A DNA stretch of 64,000 bases from a bacterium (GCA_963693055.1 OY843751.1:5120001-5184000); one strand, 5' to 3'; shown: positions 20,541 to 31,245, numbered from the stretch's first letter. Translations and numbers: made by a program. The notes: generated by a model not told the origin, from the sequence alone.

Positions 20541-23006
20541 CTATTTTTGAGATGCCAACAGATACATACCATCTCTGTCGGTTTTTAAATCATATACATA
20601 CCATGTCTTTTCCACAACCTCTACCGGTTGCGCTGAACGATTTTCAATAGCCGGTATCGGCTGTTGCTTGCATAAGGGATTGGGGTTCTCACCTTTAGCG
20701 GATTCTAAAACTCCTGATGACAACAATTGCAGCGGGACTGCACTTTTGATCCGGCAGTTGCCGCCAAGCGGAGATTTAACCAGAACACTATCCATTGCAC
20801 CATCCTGCCATTTCACATCAAATTCAAAGCCGCCACGGGCCTTGAGTCCGCTGAACCCTCCATCTGGCCAGGCTTTTGGCAATGCAGGTAAAAGATGTAT
20901 CTCGCCGGCATGACTTTGCATCAGCATCTCGGTTATTCCCGCGCAACCGCCAAAGTTACCGTCAATTTGGAACGGCGGATGGGTATCGAACAAATTGTAC
21001 AATGTAGATTTGGCAAGCAGAGCCACCAGGTTTTCATAGGCGCGTTCTGGTTGCAGCAATCGGGAGAAAAAACTGATAATCCAGGCTCGGCTCCATCCTG
21101 TATGTCCGCCGCCATTTGCCAAACGATAATCCAGTGTATGGATTGCAGCCTGTGCCAGTTCCGGTGTGTGCGGCCAGGTGATCTGCCGTCCGGGATGCAG
21201 TCCAAACAGATGCGAAACATGCCGATGTCCGGGTTCCACTTCTTTAAATTCGTGCGGCCATTCCATTATACGGCCGTCTTTACCAATACGGATAGGTGTA
21301 AGCTGTTTTCGCAAATCAACCAGTTCATTATGAAATCCAGTGTCTGTACCCAATACATCGGCAGCTTCAATGCAGTTGCTGAACAGATCATAAATGATCT
21401 CGGTATCTACAGTGGTCCCCATATTCAAAAAGGCAACTTCACCAGACGGACCATAAAATCTGTTTTCCGGTGAACCCGATGGTCCTGTTACCAGATAACC
21501 CGTTTTGGGATCTTTGACCATATAGTCTACAAAGAACAGTGCCGCCTCTGTCATAATGGGATACGCTTCCTGTAAAAAAGCCCTATCACCGGTATACAAG
21601 TAATGCTCCCACAAATGCTGACTACACCAGCCAACACTCATGGGCCACATGCCATATTGGATATTGCCAATAGGTTCTGTCCACCACCATACATCCGTGG
21701 TATGGTTGGCGGTAAACCCCCTGCTGTTATATACATGCCTGGCGGTCTTGCGTCCGCTTGCGCGTAAACTGTCAATCAATGCAAAGAACGGAGTATGGCA
21801 CTCGCTCAGGTTGGTGACCTCCGCGGGCCAATAGTTCATTTGAATATTGATATTTATATGATAATCCGAGTTCCAGGGCGGTGTTAAACCATCTACCCAA
21901 ATTCCCTGTAAATTAGCGGGCAAACATCCGGGACGTGAGCTGCTCATCAGCAGATAACGCCCATATTGAAAATACAGCGTCTCTAACCAATGGTCCTGCT
22001 GCCCGTTTTTAACATTCTCTAATCTCTGATTTGTGGGGATATCATCCTGAAAAGCATCAGTCAGTTGCAATTTTACACGACCAAACAACTCTTGATGCGC
22101 CTGTTTATGATCGTTTTTAACAGATTTTAAATCTTTATTTATAACACCCTGCATAGTTTTATCGCATAGAACATGTGGGCCCTCGCCTCTATAATTTGTA
22201 GCCGCAGCTAAATACAGCACCAGGGAGTCTGCATTTTTCACAGACAATGTCCTGGCATCTGCCTGAATTGTACCACCGGCAGGCATTGCTTTTAATTGCG
22301 ATTCATAACGAACACCTTTACCATTTCCGCCGGTAACATGACCGTTCATGAACAGCATATCATTCCCAACAGCCTTAACATCAAATTCAGCGGGACGATC
22401 AAGCGCCAAATCCACCGTAATCTTGCCCGGTTTATCGGCTGTCAACACAACAACAATCACCTGATCAACAGGAGATGAAAAGACTTGTCGTTTATATTTT
22501 ACACCATCCACAACATATTCAACACCAGCAATGGCTTCATCAAGCGATAAAGATCGTTTATAATCGGTATAGGCTCCGTGCCCCGGGAACGTTAATCTCA
22601 GATCGCCCAGGGTTTGATAGGTATGATAATTATTATCGTAACGGGGGCCCATTACGTTGTCTTGCATTACTTTTTCGGCCTCGTTAAATTTGCCGTCAAA
22701 AAGTAATTTGCGGGCCTCCTGAACGTATTTCCAGGCATCATCCTGCAGGCGAGTGGTCTTTTCTCCGGTCCAAACCGACTCTTCGTTCAATTGTATACGT
22801 TCATGCTCAACCGTGCCATAAACCATTGCCCCCAAGCGGCCGTTTCCAATGGGCAATGCCTCTATCCATTGGCTTGCGGGTTCTGTATACCACAGATTTA
22901 ACTCAGGTTGATTAATGCTTAACGCCTCAACAGTATTGCCAGACATTCCACAATTAACTGACAAACAGCAAATTATGATCAATAAAAAACCCAAATATCG
23001 TTTCAT
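20541..23006 (-). CDS. GH95 alpha-L-fucosidase
   Basis: [39 protein letters not shown]. Confidence 0.95.
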   Translation of the reverse strand: MKRYLGFLLIIICCLSVNCGMSGNTVEALSINQPELNLWYTEPASQWIEALPIGNGRLGAMVYGTVEHERIQLNEESVWTGEKTTRLQDDAWKYVQEARKLLFDGKFNEAEKVMQDNVMGPRYDNNYHTYQTLGDLRLTFPGHGAYTDYKRSLSLDEAIAGVEYVVDGVKYKRQVFSSPVDQVIVVVLTADKPGKITVDLALDRPAEFDVKAVGNDMLFMNGHVTGGNGKGVRYESQLKAMPAGGTIQADARTLSVKNADSLVLYLAAATNYRGEGPHVLCDKTMQGVINKDLKSVKNDHKQAHQELFGRVKLQLTDAFQDDIPTNQRLENVKNGQQDHWLETLYFQYGRYLLMSSSRPGCLPANLQGIWVDGLTPPWNSDYHININIQMNYWPAEVTNLSECHTPFFALIDSLRASGRKTARHVYNSRGFTANHTTDVWWWTEPIGNIQYGMWPMSVGWCSQHLWEHYLYTGDRAFLQEAYPIMTEAALFFVDYMVKDPKTGYLVTGPSGSPENRFYGPSGEVAFLNMGTTVDTEIIYDLFSNCIEAADVLGTDTGFHNELVDLRKQLTPIRIGKDGRIMEWPHEFKEVEPGHRHVSHLFGLHPGRQITWPHTPELAQAAIHTLDYRLANGGGHTGWSRAWIISFFSRLLQPERAYENLVALLAKSTLYNLFDTHPPFQIDGNFGGCAGITEMLMQSHAGEIHLLPALPKAWPDGGFSGLKARGGFEFDVKWQDGAMDSVLVKSPLGGNCRIKSAVPLQLLSSGVLESAKGENPNPLCKQQPIPAIENRSAQPVEVVEKTWYVYDLKTDRDGMYLLASQK

Positions 23007-23158
23007 AATGCCCTCAATTTAATTTATTTGTAATGTAAAAAAAATACATATAAAAAACATCTTTGAATTATTTTTTCACAGAAATATTACTTGCATTGTG
23101 GCAAGGCAAGTGGTATATTTCTTTATTTATTAATAGTTTTGAGAAAACAGGACAATTT

Positions 23159-23887
23159 TTGAAGTACGCAATAATATCCGACATTCACAGCAATCTGGCC
23201 GCGCTCGAACAGGTACTAGAGTATATCCATAATGAAAAATGCGACAGCACCATTTGCCTTGGTGATATTGTAGGATATGGCCCGCATCCCAATGAATGTA
23301 TTCAGCTTGTTCGCGATTATACGGATATCGTTATTGCCGGAAATCACGATTATGCCGCCGCCGGCTTGACAAATATGGATTATTTTAACGTCTATGCTAA
23401 AAAAGCAATGGATTGGACCATTGCCAACCTTAAAGATGAATATATGGAATATCTCAGGTCGCTACCTCTTGCTGCGGAAATAGACCAGGCACACCTTGTT
23501 CATGCGGCGCCCATGTCCCCCGAAAAATGGGGCTATATTTTCACACCCTATCAGGCGCAGTTGAATTTTGAACATTTTTCAGAACGTTGTTGTTTTATTG
23601 GTCACTCGCATTTACCCATTATTTTTCAGAATAACGACAACGAAGAACCGGTTACAATTTATGATACCAAATTGGAACTTGAAAAGGACAAGAGATATAT
23701 AATAAACGTCGGCAGTGTTGGACAACCGAGAGACCACCAGCCCACCGCTGCTTTTGGCATTTTAGATACCGACAACGCTTTTTTTCATATCGTTCGTGTT
23801 GAATATGATGTGTATACTACGCAAAAAGCAATGATGGCGCGCGACTTTCCTGAATTTCTCATAGAACGCCTAAAACATGGCAGGTAA
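23159..23887 (+). CDS. Calcineurin-like metallophosphoesterase
   Basis: SDIHSN, GDIVGYG, GNHD, GHSH, NVGSVGQPRD; likely TTG start at 23159. Confidence 0.9.
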   Translation: MKYAIISDIHSNLAALEQVLEYIHNEKCDSTICLGDIVGYGPHPNECIQLVRDYTDIVIAGNHDYAAAGLTNMDYFNVYAKKAMDWTIANLKDEYMEYLRSLPLAAEIDQAHLVHAAPMSPEKWGYIFTPYQAQLNFEHFSERCCFIGHSHLPIIFQNNDNEEPVTIYDTKLELEKDKRYIINVGSVGQPRDHQPTAAFGILDTDNAFFHIVRVEYDVYTTQKAMMARDFPEFLIERLKHGR

Positions 23888-23901
23888 CGAATTATTAGTA
23901 T

Positions 23902-24432
23902 ATGGTGGAACCCGATATGGAAGCAAATCACAAAGAAGCTTTTAACAACCGCATCGTTTTTTCTGAAAAGACTTATCAAAACATTATCAGCATTTTAACT
24001 GAACTGCGCACACGCCTCAATGCCAAAATCACTATTTTTGCGGATATGAACGGGTATCCCATCGGATATGATGAAACAGTACCCGCAATTGACATTACCT
24101 CACTAACGGCTCTTGCATCTGGTACATTTTCAGCAACATCCGAAATGGCAAAAATGGTACAGGAACAAGATAAATTTCGCTTTATCTATCTTGAAGGTAA
24201 AGAGAATAATATTTACATGTGTAATGTTAGTAAAGATTACCTGATCATTGTCTTGTTCGACAAGAGTGTAGCTATGGGTATGGTAAGAATACTGACCCAC
24301 AATACAGTTGAAAAACTGTCAAAAATATTGGATGAGTTGTCAATGGAGAATCAGCAGGCATCCAAATACATAGACATAGAATTTAAATCTATGCTTAATA
24401 AAGAATTGGATAAATTTTTCGGAATTGACTAG
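23902..24432 (+). CDS. mglB: Roadblock/LC7 protein, MglB-like GAP
   Basis: DITSLTALASGTFSATSEMA and MGMVR pattern; directly upstream of mglA. Confidence 0.85.
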   Translation: MVEPDMEANHKEAFNNRIVFSEKTYQNIISILTELRTRLNAKITIFADMNGYPIGYDETVPAIDITSLTALASGTFSATSEMAKMVQEQDKFRFIYLEGKENNIYMCNVSKDYLIIVLFDKSVAMGMVRILTHNTVEKLSKILDELSMENQQASKYIDIEFKSMLNKELDKFFGID

Positions 24433-24438
24433 TTTTAT

Positions 24439-25011
24439 ATGTATATAGATCAAAACAGACAAGAAATACAGTTCAAAATTGTATATTATGGGCCGGGTTT
24501 GGGTGGCAAAACAACAAACCTGGAATATATCCATGCCAATATTGATCCCTCAATTCGTGGTGAACTGGTTAGCCTGAAAACCAAGGACGAGCGCACGCTC
24601 TATTTTGACTTCATGCAGCTTGAACTGGGACAAATCAACAACAAAAAACCACGCTTTCATCTTTATACAATCCCCGGACAGTTGCATTACAGCTTTAGCC
24701 GCAAAATCATTTTGCGTGGCACAGACGCTGTGGTCTTTGTTGCGGACTCTCAACCGCTTCGAATGGATGACAATCTAGACACCCTGCTTGACCTGGAACA
24801 AAAGCTGATTGAACAGGGCGCCTCACTCGATTCTTTTCCATGGGTTATGCAATACAACAAAAGAGATCTCACCAATTCCATGAGTATTGATGAAATGCAG
24901 TCTAAACTTAATTTTTTAAACGTTCCCTATCACCAGGCCATTGCAACAAAGGGAAACGGAGTTTTTGAAACCCTGAAAACAGCCATCCAACTGGTTATTG
25001 AAAAAATGTAG
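24439..25011 (+). CDS. mglA: MglA small Ras-like GTPase
   Basis: YYGPGLGGKTTN, ERTLYFD, TIPGQ, NKRD, AIAT. Confidence 0.93.
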   Translation: MYIDQNRQEIQFKIVYYGPGLGGKTTNLEYIHANIDPSIRGELVSLKTKDERTLYFDFMQLELGQINNKKPRFHLYTIPGQLHYSFSRKIILRGTDAVVFVADSQPLRMDDNLDTLLDLEQKLIEQGASLDSFPWVMQYNKRDLTNSMSIDEMQSKLNFLNVPYHQAIATKGNGVFETLKTAIQLVIEKM

Positions 25012-25019
25012 AGGAAAAC

Positions 25020-25454
25020 ATGCCAGGCTTTCCCAAAAACGGAAAAAACACACCGCACCATCACCAGAACAACTCGATACAAGTTAAAATAGAAACCATA
25101 CTAACCAATCTGGTTAATAGCGGCCTTTACGATGCCATCTATTTGTTTGACGAAACCGGTTTGCCCATCGTTCAGCGTAAAAAGAACCAAGCCTTTAGTA
25201 ATGATATTGAGACTGTTGAAGTTACCACGTTAATGAATCAGATCAAATCTTCAACAACACGTATAGAAGAATTTGAAAAATTGAACGAGATCATTATTGA
25301 AAGCAGTACCGGTAAAAGGCTCATTTTTAGATTTATTGACTTTTTTGGACAAACTGCAACACTGGTTGCTATTATTCCCCAGGGAAAAAGCTATAGAAAT
25401 ATGACCAACAATCTGCTGCGCACTCTTGACCGTCTAACTGAATCGGAATTGTAG
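25020..25454 (+). CDS. Second roadblock/profilin-like fold protein
   Basis: AIYLFDETGLPI pattern typical of roadblock domains; operonic with mglA. Confidence 0.55.
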   Translation: MPGFPKNGKNTPHHHQNNSIQVKIETILTNLVNSGLYDAIYLFDETGLPIVQRKKNQAFSNDIETVEVTTLMNQIKSSTTRIEEFEKLNEIIIESSTGKRLIFRFIDFFGQTATLVAIIPQGKSYRNMTNNLLRTLDRLTESEL

Positions 25455-25457
25455 AGA

Positions 25458-26780
25458 ATGACAGAGTCCACAATTCAACGTAAACCCACACGCATTTCAA
25501 CAACCGCGTGGATACTTTATGATCTGGCAAACACTGCCTATTCCATGAATGTGGTTTCACTCTATTTCAGCACCTGGATCATTTTAACATTTCAAATGAG
25601 TGATATCTGGGTATCGCTTGTCAATTCATTATCCATGTTGTTTGTTGCTTTTACTATGCCGGTATTGGGTGACTGGTCAGACATTAAACAAAAAAAATTA
25701 AAGGGATTAATGCTGTTCTCCCTTATTTGTATCAGTGGAACAGCACTTATTGGGCTTTTGGGCCTAACCCTAAAATCCACCGCAATACTTTTACCCTTGG
25801 TTTTGCTCATTTATATTGTCACCAATTATAGTTACCAGGGCGGACTCGTTTTTTACAATGCCCTGATGCCTGCTGTCAGTACCCCCAAAAATATGGGACG
25901 CGTTTCCGGTTACGGTACAGCTATTGGCTATATGGGGACCATTCTTGGGCTTATGGTGGCCCGCATTTTTGTAGAAGGTGATTTTTTCGGACTCACCCTG
26001 CCCGGCGTACAAGCCGGAGGTCCCGGGGCTGCATTCATCCCCACTGCCGTTCTATTTCTTGTGTTTGCGCTGCCGGTATTCTTTTTGGTGGACGAGTCTT
26101 TAATACCCGCGCCCAAGCAAAAAGAATGGAAGATCAAAGCCTCTTATAAAAAAGTGATCAACAACATCAGAGATACGCAAGAACATCCCGGATTATTGCG
26201 ATTTCTCATATCACGGTTGCTGTATCAGGACAGTGTAGCCACCATCATTATCTATATGGGTGTATTTACGCAGGTGGTTATGGATTTTACCCTGAACGAA
26301 GCTTCGCTGTTTATGATCATCCTTACACCCTTTGCAATTATTGGATCAGCAATTTGTGGTATTTTGACCGACCATTACGGCCCCAAAAAGGTACTTACCG
26401 TGGTAATCGTTTTTTGGGTGATCAGTCTTGCGGTAATCATCATTTCATCCAACCGCACCCTGTTCTGGATCATGGGAGCCATCATTGGCATTCTGCTGGG
26501 ATCGGTAGAGACCTCATCCCGTCCGCTGCTCATCACTCTTGCACCGCGGGAAAAAATGGGCGAGTTTTTCGGAATCTATGCATTATCGGGAAGATTGGCG
26601 GCCATAATCGGCCCACTGGTATGGAGCGCGGTAACCTTTTCATTTGGCGCCTTTGGTGATGTGTTTAAATTCAAAGCTGCCATAGGCGCACTGGCTATAA
26701 TCATGATTTTGGGACTCTTGGTACTGCTGCCGGTACCAGATTTTCATAAAAAAGTTAAAAAATTACACATTCAAAGCTAA
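25458..26780 (+). CDS. MFS transporter (UMF1/YxiO-like)
   Basis: WILYDLANTAYS, FYNALMP, EFFGIY; about 12 TM helices. Confidence 0.88.
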   Translation: MTESTIQRKPTRISTTAWILYDLANTAYSMNVVSLYFSTWIILTFQMSDIWVSLVNSLSMLFVAFTMPVLGDWSDIKQKKLKGLMLFSLICISGTALIGLLGLTLKSTAILLPLVLLIYIVTNYSYQGGLVFYNALMPAVSTPKNMGRVSGYGTAIGYMGTILGLMVARIFVEGDFFGLTLPGVQAGGPGAAFIPTAVLFLVFALPVFFLVDESLIPAPKQKEWKIKASYKKVINNIRDTQEHPGLLRFLISRLLYQDSVATIIIYMGVFTQVVMDFTLNEASLFMIILTPFAIIGSAICGILTDHYGPKKVLTVVIVFWVISLAVIIISSNRTLFWIMGAIIGILLGSVETSSRPLLITLAPREKMGEFFGIYALSGRLAAIIGPLVWSAVTFSFGAFGDVFKFKAAIGALAIIMILGLLVLLPVPDFHKKVKKLHIQS

Positions 26781-26786
26781 AAAAGC

Positions 26787-26815
26787 TTGACTCGAATATA
26801 AAAATACCTTATATT
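26787..26815 (+). promoter_or_regulatory. Sigma70-like promoter
   Basis: TTGACT-17 bp-TATATT upstream of the DUF3098-like gene and tRNA-Val. Confidence 0.5.
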
Positions 26816-26828
26816 TACTTCTGTGACT

Positions 26829-27095
26829 ATGGACAAAAAAAGTACAAAACCAAACACAGCCAAAAAGTCGAATAAAACCTTTTTGGATTTTTCAGCCCGC
26901 AACTATCAAATATTCGGTGTTGCGTTGGTTGTTATCGTTTTGGGTTATTTTGCAATGGCCCAACCCCCTGCGGAAGGTGCTATGTCTTTGACAGTTGCGC
27001 CCATTCTGCTGGTCATTGGTTACTGTATTTTGATTCCTTTGTCTATTTTCTGGCGCCCTAAAAAGCAAGCCAGTGCCACAACAATGGGCGATTAG
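26829..27095 (+). CDS. DUF3098-like small membrane protein
   Basis: NYQIFG...LTVAPILLVIGY pattern; stop codon lies inside tRNA-Val. Confidence 0.75.
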   Translation: MDKKSTKPNTAKKSNKTFLDFSARNYQIFGVALVVIVLGYFAMAQPPAEGAMSLTVAPILLVIGYCILIPLSIFWRPKKQASATTMGD

Positions 27096-27160
27096 CTCAG
27101 TTGGTCTAGAGCACCTGCCTTACAAGCAGGGGGTCGCTGGTTCGACTCCAGCATCGCCCA
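27086..27160 (+). tRNA. tRNA-Val(TAC)
   Basis: GGGCGAT/ATCGCCC acceptor, cctgc-ctTACaa-gcagg anticodon arm, GGTTCGACTCC T arm. Confidence 0.97.
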
Positions 27161-27241
27161 CAGCCGCAAGGCACATCAAGATAAAAGATTTTTATTGCAT
27201 CTTGATAAAAAAAGCACTAAGTTGTTAGTGCAAACCCAAAC

Positions 27242-27315
27242 GGGGTCGTGGTGCAGATGGTTAGCACATCGGCCTGTCAAGCCGAAGGTCGCGGGTTCAA
27301 GTCCCGTCGGCCCCG
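27242..27315 (+). tRNA. tRNA-Asp(GTC)
   Basis: GGGGTCG/CGGCCCC acceptor, tcggc-ctGTCaa-gccga, GGTTCAAGTCC. Confidence 0.97.
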
Positions 27316-28065
27316 CAAAAAGCCTCAGAATTTTTCTGGGGCTTTTTTGTTTTCAGGGGATATAATATAGAGGTCATTCTGATTTCAATTTGAGACTTGC
27401 CCCGCAAAAAGCCTCAGAAATTTTCTGGAACTTTTTTGTTTTTAGGGGATATATTGCAATGGCCGTCCCGATTCCACTTCGGGGTTGGTACCTGATAATT
27501 ACATCTAAATTCATTCAAGGTCTTTTATCAAATCAATTGGGGGTAAATATGGGGAAAACAGATCAATTTTTCGTTTATGTTTTAAAAAATCCATTCGGGA
27601 AGTTCTATGTGGGGCAAACTCAAAATCTTGAAGAACGATTAAACAGACATAACTGTGGCCAATCCACATACACAAAAAACAGAGGCCCTTGGGAATTAGT
27701 TTATTATGAACCTGTAGAATCCCGATCAGCAGCTATGCAAAGAGAAAAAGAAATCAAGAATAAAAAAAGCGCAAAATATATACAATGGTTAATCGATAGT
27801 CAAAATATCTAACCTTATCTAACCGTGGTCGTCCCGAATTCACTTCGGGATCGGCCCCGCAAAAAGCCTCAGAATTTTTCTGGGGCTTTTTTGTTTTCAG
27901 GGGATATAATATAGAGGTCATTCTGATTTCAATTTGAGACTTGCCCCGCAAAAAGCCTCAGAATTTTTCTGGGGCTTTTTTGTTTCTAGAGGGGTGTATT
28001 GCCGAGGTCATCCCGAATTCACTTCGGGATCGTCTACGCAAGAAGCCTCTGAAATTCTTCAGGGG
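27310..28065 (+). repeat. Tandem 89-bp units derived from the tRNA-Asp 3' end plus terminator
   Basis: gccccgcaaaaagcctcagaa... at 27310, 27399, 27854, 27943 and a degenerate copy at 28032. Confidence 0.9.
27549..27812 (+). CDS. Small GIY-YIG nuclease (YhbQ/UPF0213-like)
   Basis: VYVL...YVGQT...RLNRHN...GPWELVYYE...AMQREKEIK; 87 aa from ATG 27549. Confidence 0.92.
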   Translation: MGKTDQFFVYVLKNPFGKFYVGQTQNLEERLNRHNCGQSTYTKNRGPWELVYYEPVESRSAAMQREKEIKNKKSAKYIQWLIDSQNI

Positions 28066-28370
28066 ATTACCATGTAGAACGAAATTTATTTCGTTTACCC
28101 GGCGCAGATGGACCCGGCAGGACGCGACTTGACGAATCATTTATCGTTATTAGCAGGCGAGCCCTCATGATAAAATAGTGCCAACCTGCAAAGCCCCCAG
28201 AGTATTCGAAATGAGAGTTGAATGGTATAATCAGAGTTGTAATGGAGACAATCTCTCACAGTAACAGTTTACAAGGTCAATTCAATCCTGTAATCCTTTA
28301 ATCATACAAATCATAACTCAAACAAAAAAGCGTCGAGTACTGCATGGTTAGCAGAAGACTGGTGCTTCAT
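28032..28370. repeat. Inter-cassette spacer, copy 1 (also 30305-30631 and 32484-32819)
   Basis: cgcaagaagcctctgaaattcttcaggggatt(a/g)ccatgtagaacgaaatt...gacccggcagg... shared by three loci. Confidence 0.88.
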
Positions 28371-28408
28371 GATGAAAACTCGTGCCACAAGTACGGGCTA
28401 CAGTCTAT

Positions 28409-29104
28409 TCACTCGTTTTCAATTTTCGTAAAACAAATATCCTTAAACTCTAATTTTTCAACAATATTTTTAAAATTCTCTGTTACAATAATTGCAGTTG
28501 GCAATTCAACAATTCTAAAAACCTCTTCATCCAAAAGTTTTGGTGAAATACTAATTTTTATCTTATCCGGCATTGTGATAGGGATGCGTCCACATCTTTC
28601 ACACTTTTCAATAGGATAATCTAAAATTCTGGCTTTGGGGATTATCTGAAATTCATAATAATCAAAATCCCTTTTATCATTCATTACAATTTTCGTTTTA
28701 GCAACCTTAGGTAACTTTATATCCTCTTTTTTCAATAATTCATATGCATTATAACTTACCAGTAGCGTCCACGGATTAAGCCATGCAAAGTCATAGAACC
28801 TACCTTTTGCAATACCTTGTAAAGGACCAAATTTTGTTCCAGGCAAAACAAACATATCTTTAAATAAATTATCTGTAGTTGGTTTCATCTCATGATGTGT
28901 TTGCCATGGATAAGGCTTTCGAATTGAATAATACTCTTCATATTCAGCATATTCATTACTTAAAACAATATTTGGATATTGAATACCAGTAACGGCCCAT
29001 TTGCTTTTGCATATGTCACAAATCATACCGGGTATACTATATTTGTGAACAGCATCAATTAAATAACTTTTTGATTTGTCACATGAAATTTTATAAAAAC
29101 TCAT
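28409..29104 (-). CDS. Double-CXXCG motif (SitI6-like) immunity protein
   Basis: HKYSIPGMICDICK...W...GIQYP, LPGTKFGPLQG, CERCGR; directly downstream of the toxin tip. Confidence 0.8.
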   Translation of the reverse strand: MSFYKISCDKSKSYLIDAVHKYSIPGMICDICKSKWAVTGIQYPNIVLSNEYAEYEEYYSIRKPYPWQTHHEMKPTTDNLFKDMFVLPGTKFGPLQGIAKGRFYDFAWLNPWTLLVSYNAYELLKKEDIKLPKVAKTKIVMNDKRDFDYYEFQIIPKARILDYPIEKCERCGRIPITMPDKIKISISPKLLDEEVFRIVELPTAIIVTENFKNIVEKLEFKDICFTKIENE

Positions 29105-29113
29105 ATTAACCTT

Positions 29114-30225
29114 TCAATATAAAATTTTGATATTAATTTGAGCTTGATTTAAATCAAAATCATACAACATCTTACCCAATTGTTTATAAATATCCTTGTC
29201 ATTAGCCATTGGATTTAAATCAAAAAAATCTTGCCATGCTTTATTCCAGTTTCCTCCTCGAGCTCCTCCTCCATGTATACCTGTTGAACCAATATAAACT
29301 CTTCTTGGGAGTGGCATTATATAATCATGTATATCTATTCCTTGTTCTACAAACTTCTCAGCTAAATCTTGTCTTTGAGAGAAAATATGATGACCTTGAA
29401 TAGGCGTTGCTTCAATTGCTGTTGGATAATCATACGTAAATACACTAAAATCTTCATCAACTACATCATCTAAACCAAATCGTTGTGACCCTAACTCACG
29501 TCTTTGAAAAAAATCAGTGTTAGGTACCAAGTTTGACTGTAACATTTCCGGAGTATCAGCCAATCCACCAGTCCATGGATTATACCCCATATTTTTAGCA
29601 TACCTATAACCTCCAATACCACCAAAAAGGCCTCCACCGACTGCTCCCCCAATAAAACCTGCCCAAACATCCTGGCCGGAAAGCCCAGCTGTTAAGGCAC
29701 CAACCCCTCCACCAGTGGCTGCACCATATGCCAATCCTGGCAGGAACCCAGCGGGAGCGAATATTGAAGCAGCTGTACCTAAACCTCCACCTAAGGCCCC
29801 AATACCAACTGAAGAGAAAAAGCCCCCTACTCGAAATTATCAGAGTGGTTTATTGCATATGAAATGCCACCTGTTGCGCCACCAATTAGCGCACCTGCAA
29901 GAATTACTTGCCAAAACTCCCCATCCGGATCCACCATAATCAATGGATTATTGCCGCAATACACATACGGGCTGAATCCCTGTCCAGCGGGGTCAGGCAC
30001 AAACCAACGGCCAATCTCGGGATTATAGTATCTTGCTCCAAAGCCGCAGCGTAGCGGAGGTGCGCCTATGGAGTATAATAAAGTCCGATGTCTGAGTCAA
30101 GCTCTTTTTGTGAGAACTGGTAGCTGTTATCATCATTCCCCGAAGCGACCAGAGTTTCACCAAAGGGGGTGTAATCACGGGTCATATCTAAATTGCTCAG
30201 CCGTCGAGTACTGCAAATCTGATTC
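29114..30225 (-). pseudogene. Orphan Rhs cassette A1 with DUF2380/SitA6-like toxin tip; frameshifted and interrupted
   Basis: DYTPFGE...QKELD..GLYY[32-nt insert]FGARYYNPEIGRWFVPDP...NPLIMVDPDG; frameshift near 29830; tip HHIFSQ...IDIH...HGGGARGGNWNKAW. Confidence 0.85.
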
Positions 30226-30304
30226 AGTCCCCATCCCGTAAGTAACGGATCACGCTTTCTAATCTCGCAGCATTTTCCCTCCGGGATGTAAAAGCCCAAG
30301 ACCA

Positions 30305-30631
30305 GCCCCGCAAGAAGCCTCAGAAATTCTTCAGGGGATTGCCATGTAGAACGAAATTCATTTCGCTTGTTCAGCGCAGACTGACCCGGCAGGACGCGAC
30401 TTGACGCATCATTTATCTTTATTAGCAGACAGGCCTCATGATAAAATAGAGCTAACCTGCAAAGCCCCCAAAACATTCGAAATGGATAAAAGAGTTATAA
30501 TCAGAGTAGTGACGGAGATAATCTCCCCCATGATCAGTTTTACAAGATCATTTCAATCCTTTAATCCAACAAATCTTAATTCAGACAAAAAAAACGCCGG
30601 GTACTGCGTGGTTAGCAGTGAAACGGCGCTT
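30305..30631. repeat. Inter-cassette spacer, copy 2
   Basis: Starts gccccgcaagaagcctcagaa; aligns with 28032 and 32484. Confidence 0.88.
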
Positions 30632-30759
30632 AATAAAGGTATTTATTCGTTGGATAAATGTCAAGGGAAATTAAAAAAAATCTATCCATCTAACCAGAAC
30701 ATAATAATTATTTCCCCTTTTCAGGGATAAAATTTAATATACATGAATAAAAATTTACC

Positions 30760-31245
30760 TTATGGTTTAAATCTTCTTGTAATAAAGAAATCAATGGGGC
30801 CGATATCAAAATATTCATCATCAATTTTTATATAATTTTGAGCCTTAATAGTTACTTTATCTCCAATATTTAATATTTTATCTCCTTTATAATAAAATCC
30901 ATATCTAAAAATGTCGCTCTCTTTATTGAGATTTACATTTAACTTTTCATATTCTTTTCCTTTATAAAGAATATAATATTCAGCTTGATTATCATTAAAA
31001 AATATTTTTAATGAATCCAAAAAAAATTGAATTGAATCTTTAGTATTTACACTTTCAAGTACGCCAAAATGTATATTATGCATTGTATCTAAACTAAATG
31101 ATAAGGTAGTATTGTTAATATTAATTATTTTTTCATCACTTCCATTTTTTAATAATAATGTAGCCTTTGGATCACAACTAAAAAAAACAAAAAAAACAAG
31201 AACACCAAATTGAAATATTTTACAATTTCCAGGGATTTTTTCCAT
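30760..31245 (-). CDS. Putative immunity lipoprotein (cassette A2)
   Basis: FFVFFSC lipobox; overlaps the toxin 3' end; very AT-rich. Confidence 0.65.
   Translation of the reverse strand: MEKIPGNCKIFQFGVLVFFVFFSCDPKATLLLKNGSDEKIININNTTLSFSLDTMHNIHFGVLESVNTKDSIQFFLDSLKIFFNDNQAEYYILYKGKEYEKLNVNLNKESDIFRYGFYYKGDKILNIGDKVTIKAQNYIKIDDEYFDIGPIDFFITRRFKP

Noticed and set aside
27390-27548. Long N-terminal extension of the GIY-YIG ORF
   Set aside because: It translates the repeat/terminator; ATG 27549 gives the typical family size.
27310-28065. CRISPR array interpretation of the 89-bp repeats
   Set aside because: The intervening sequences are themselves repeated, the repeat derives from the tRNA end and terminator, and no cas genes are present.
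30066-30730. ORFs 30066-30476, 30401-30730, 32245-32478 and 32584-32811 as real genes
   Set aside because: They run through the non-coding spacer repeat and their frames are not conserved among copies; only the Rhs stub part is protein-like.
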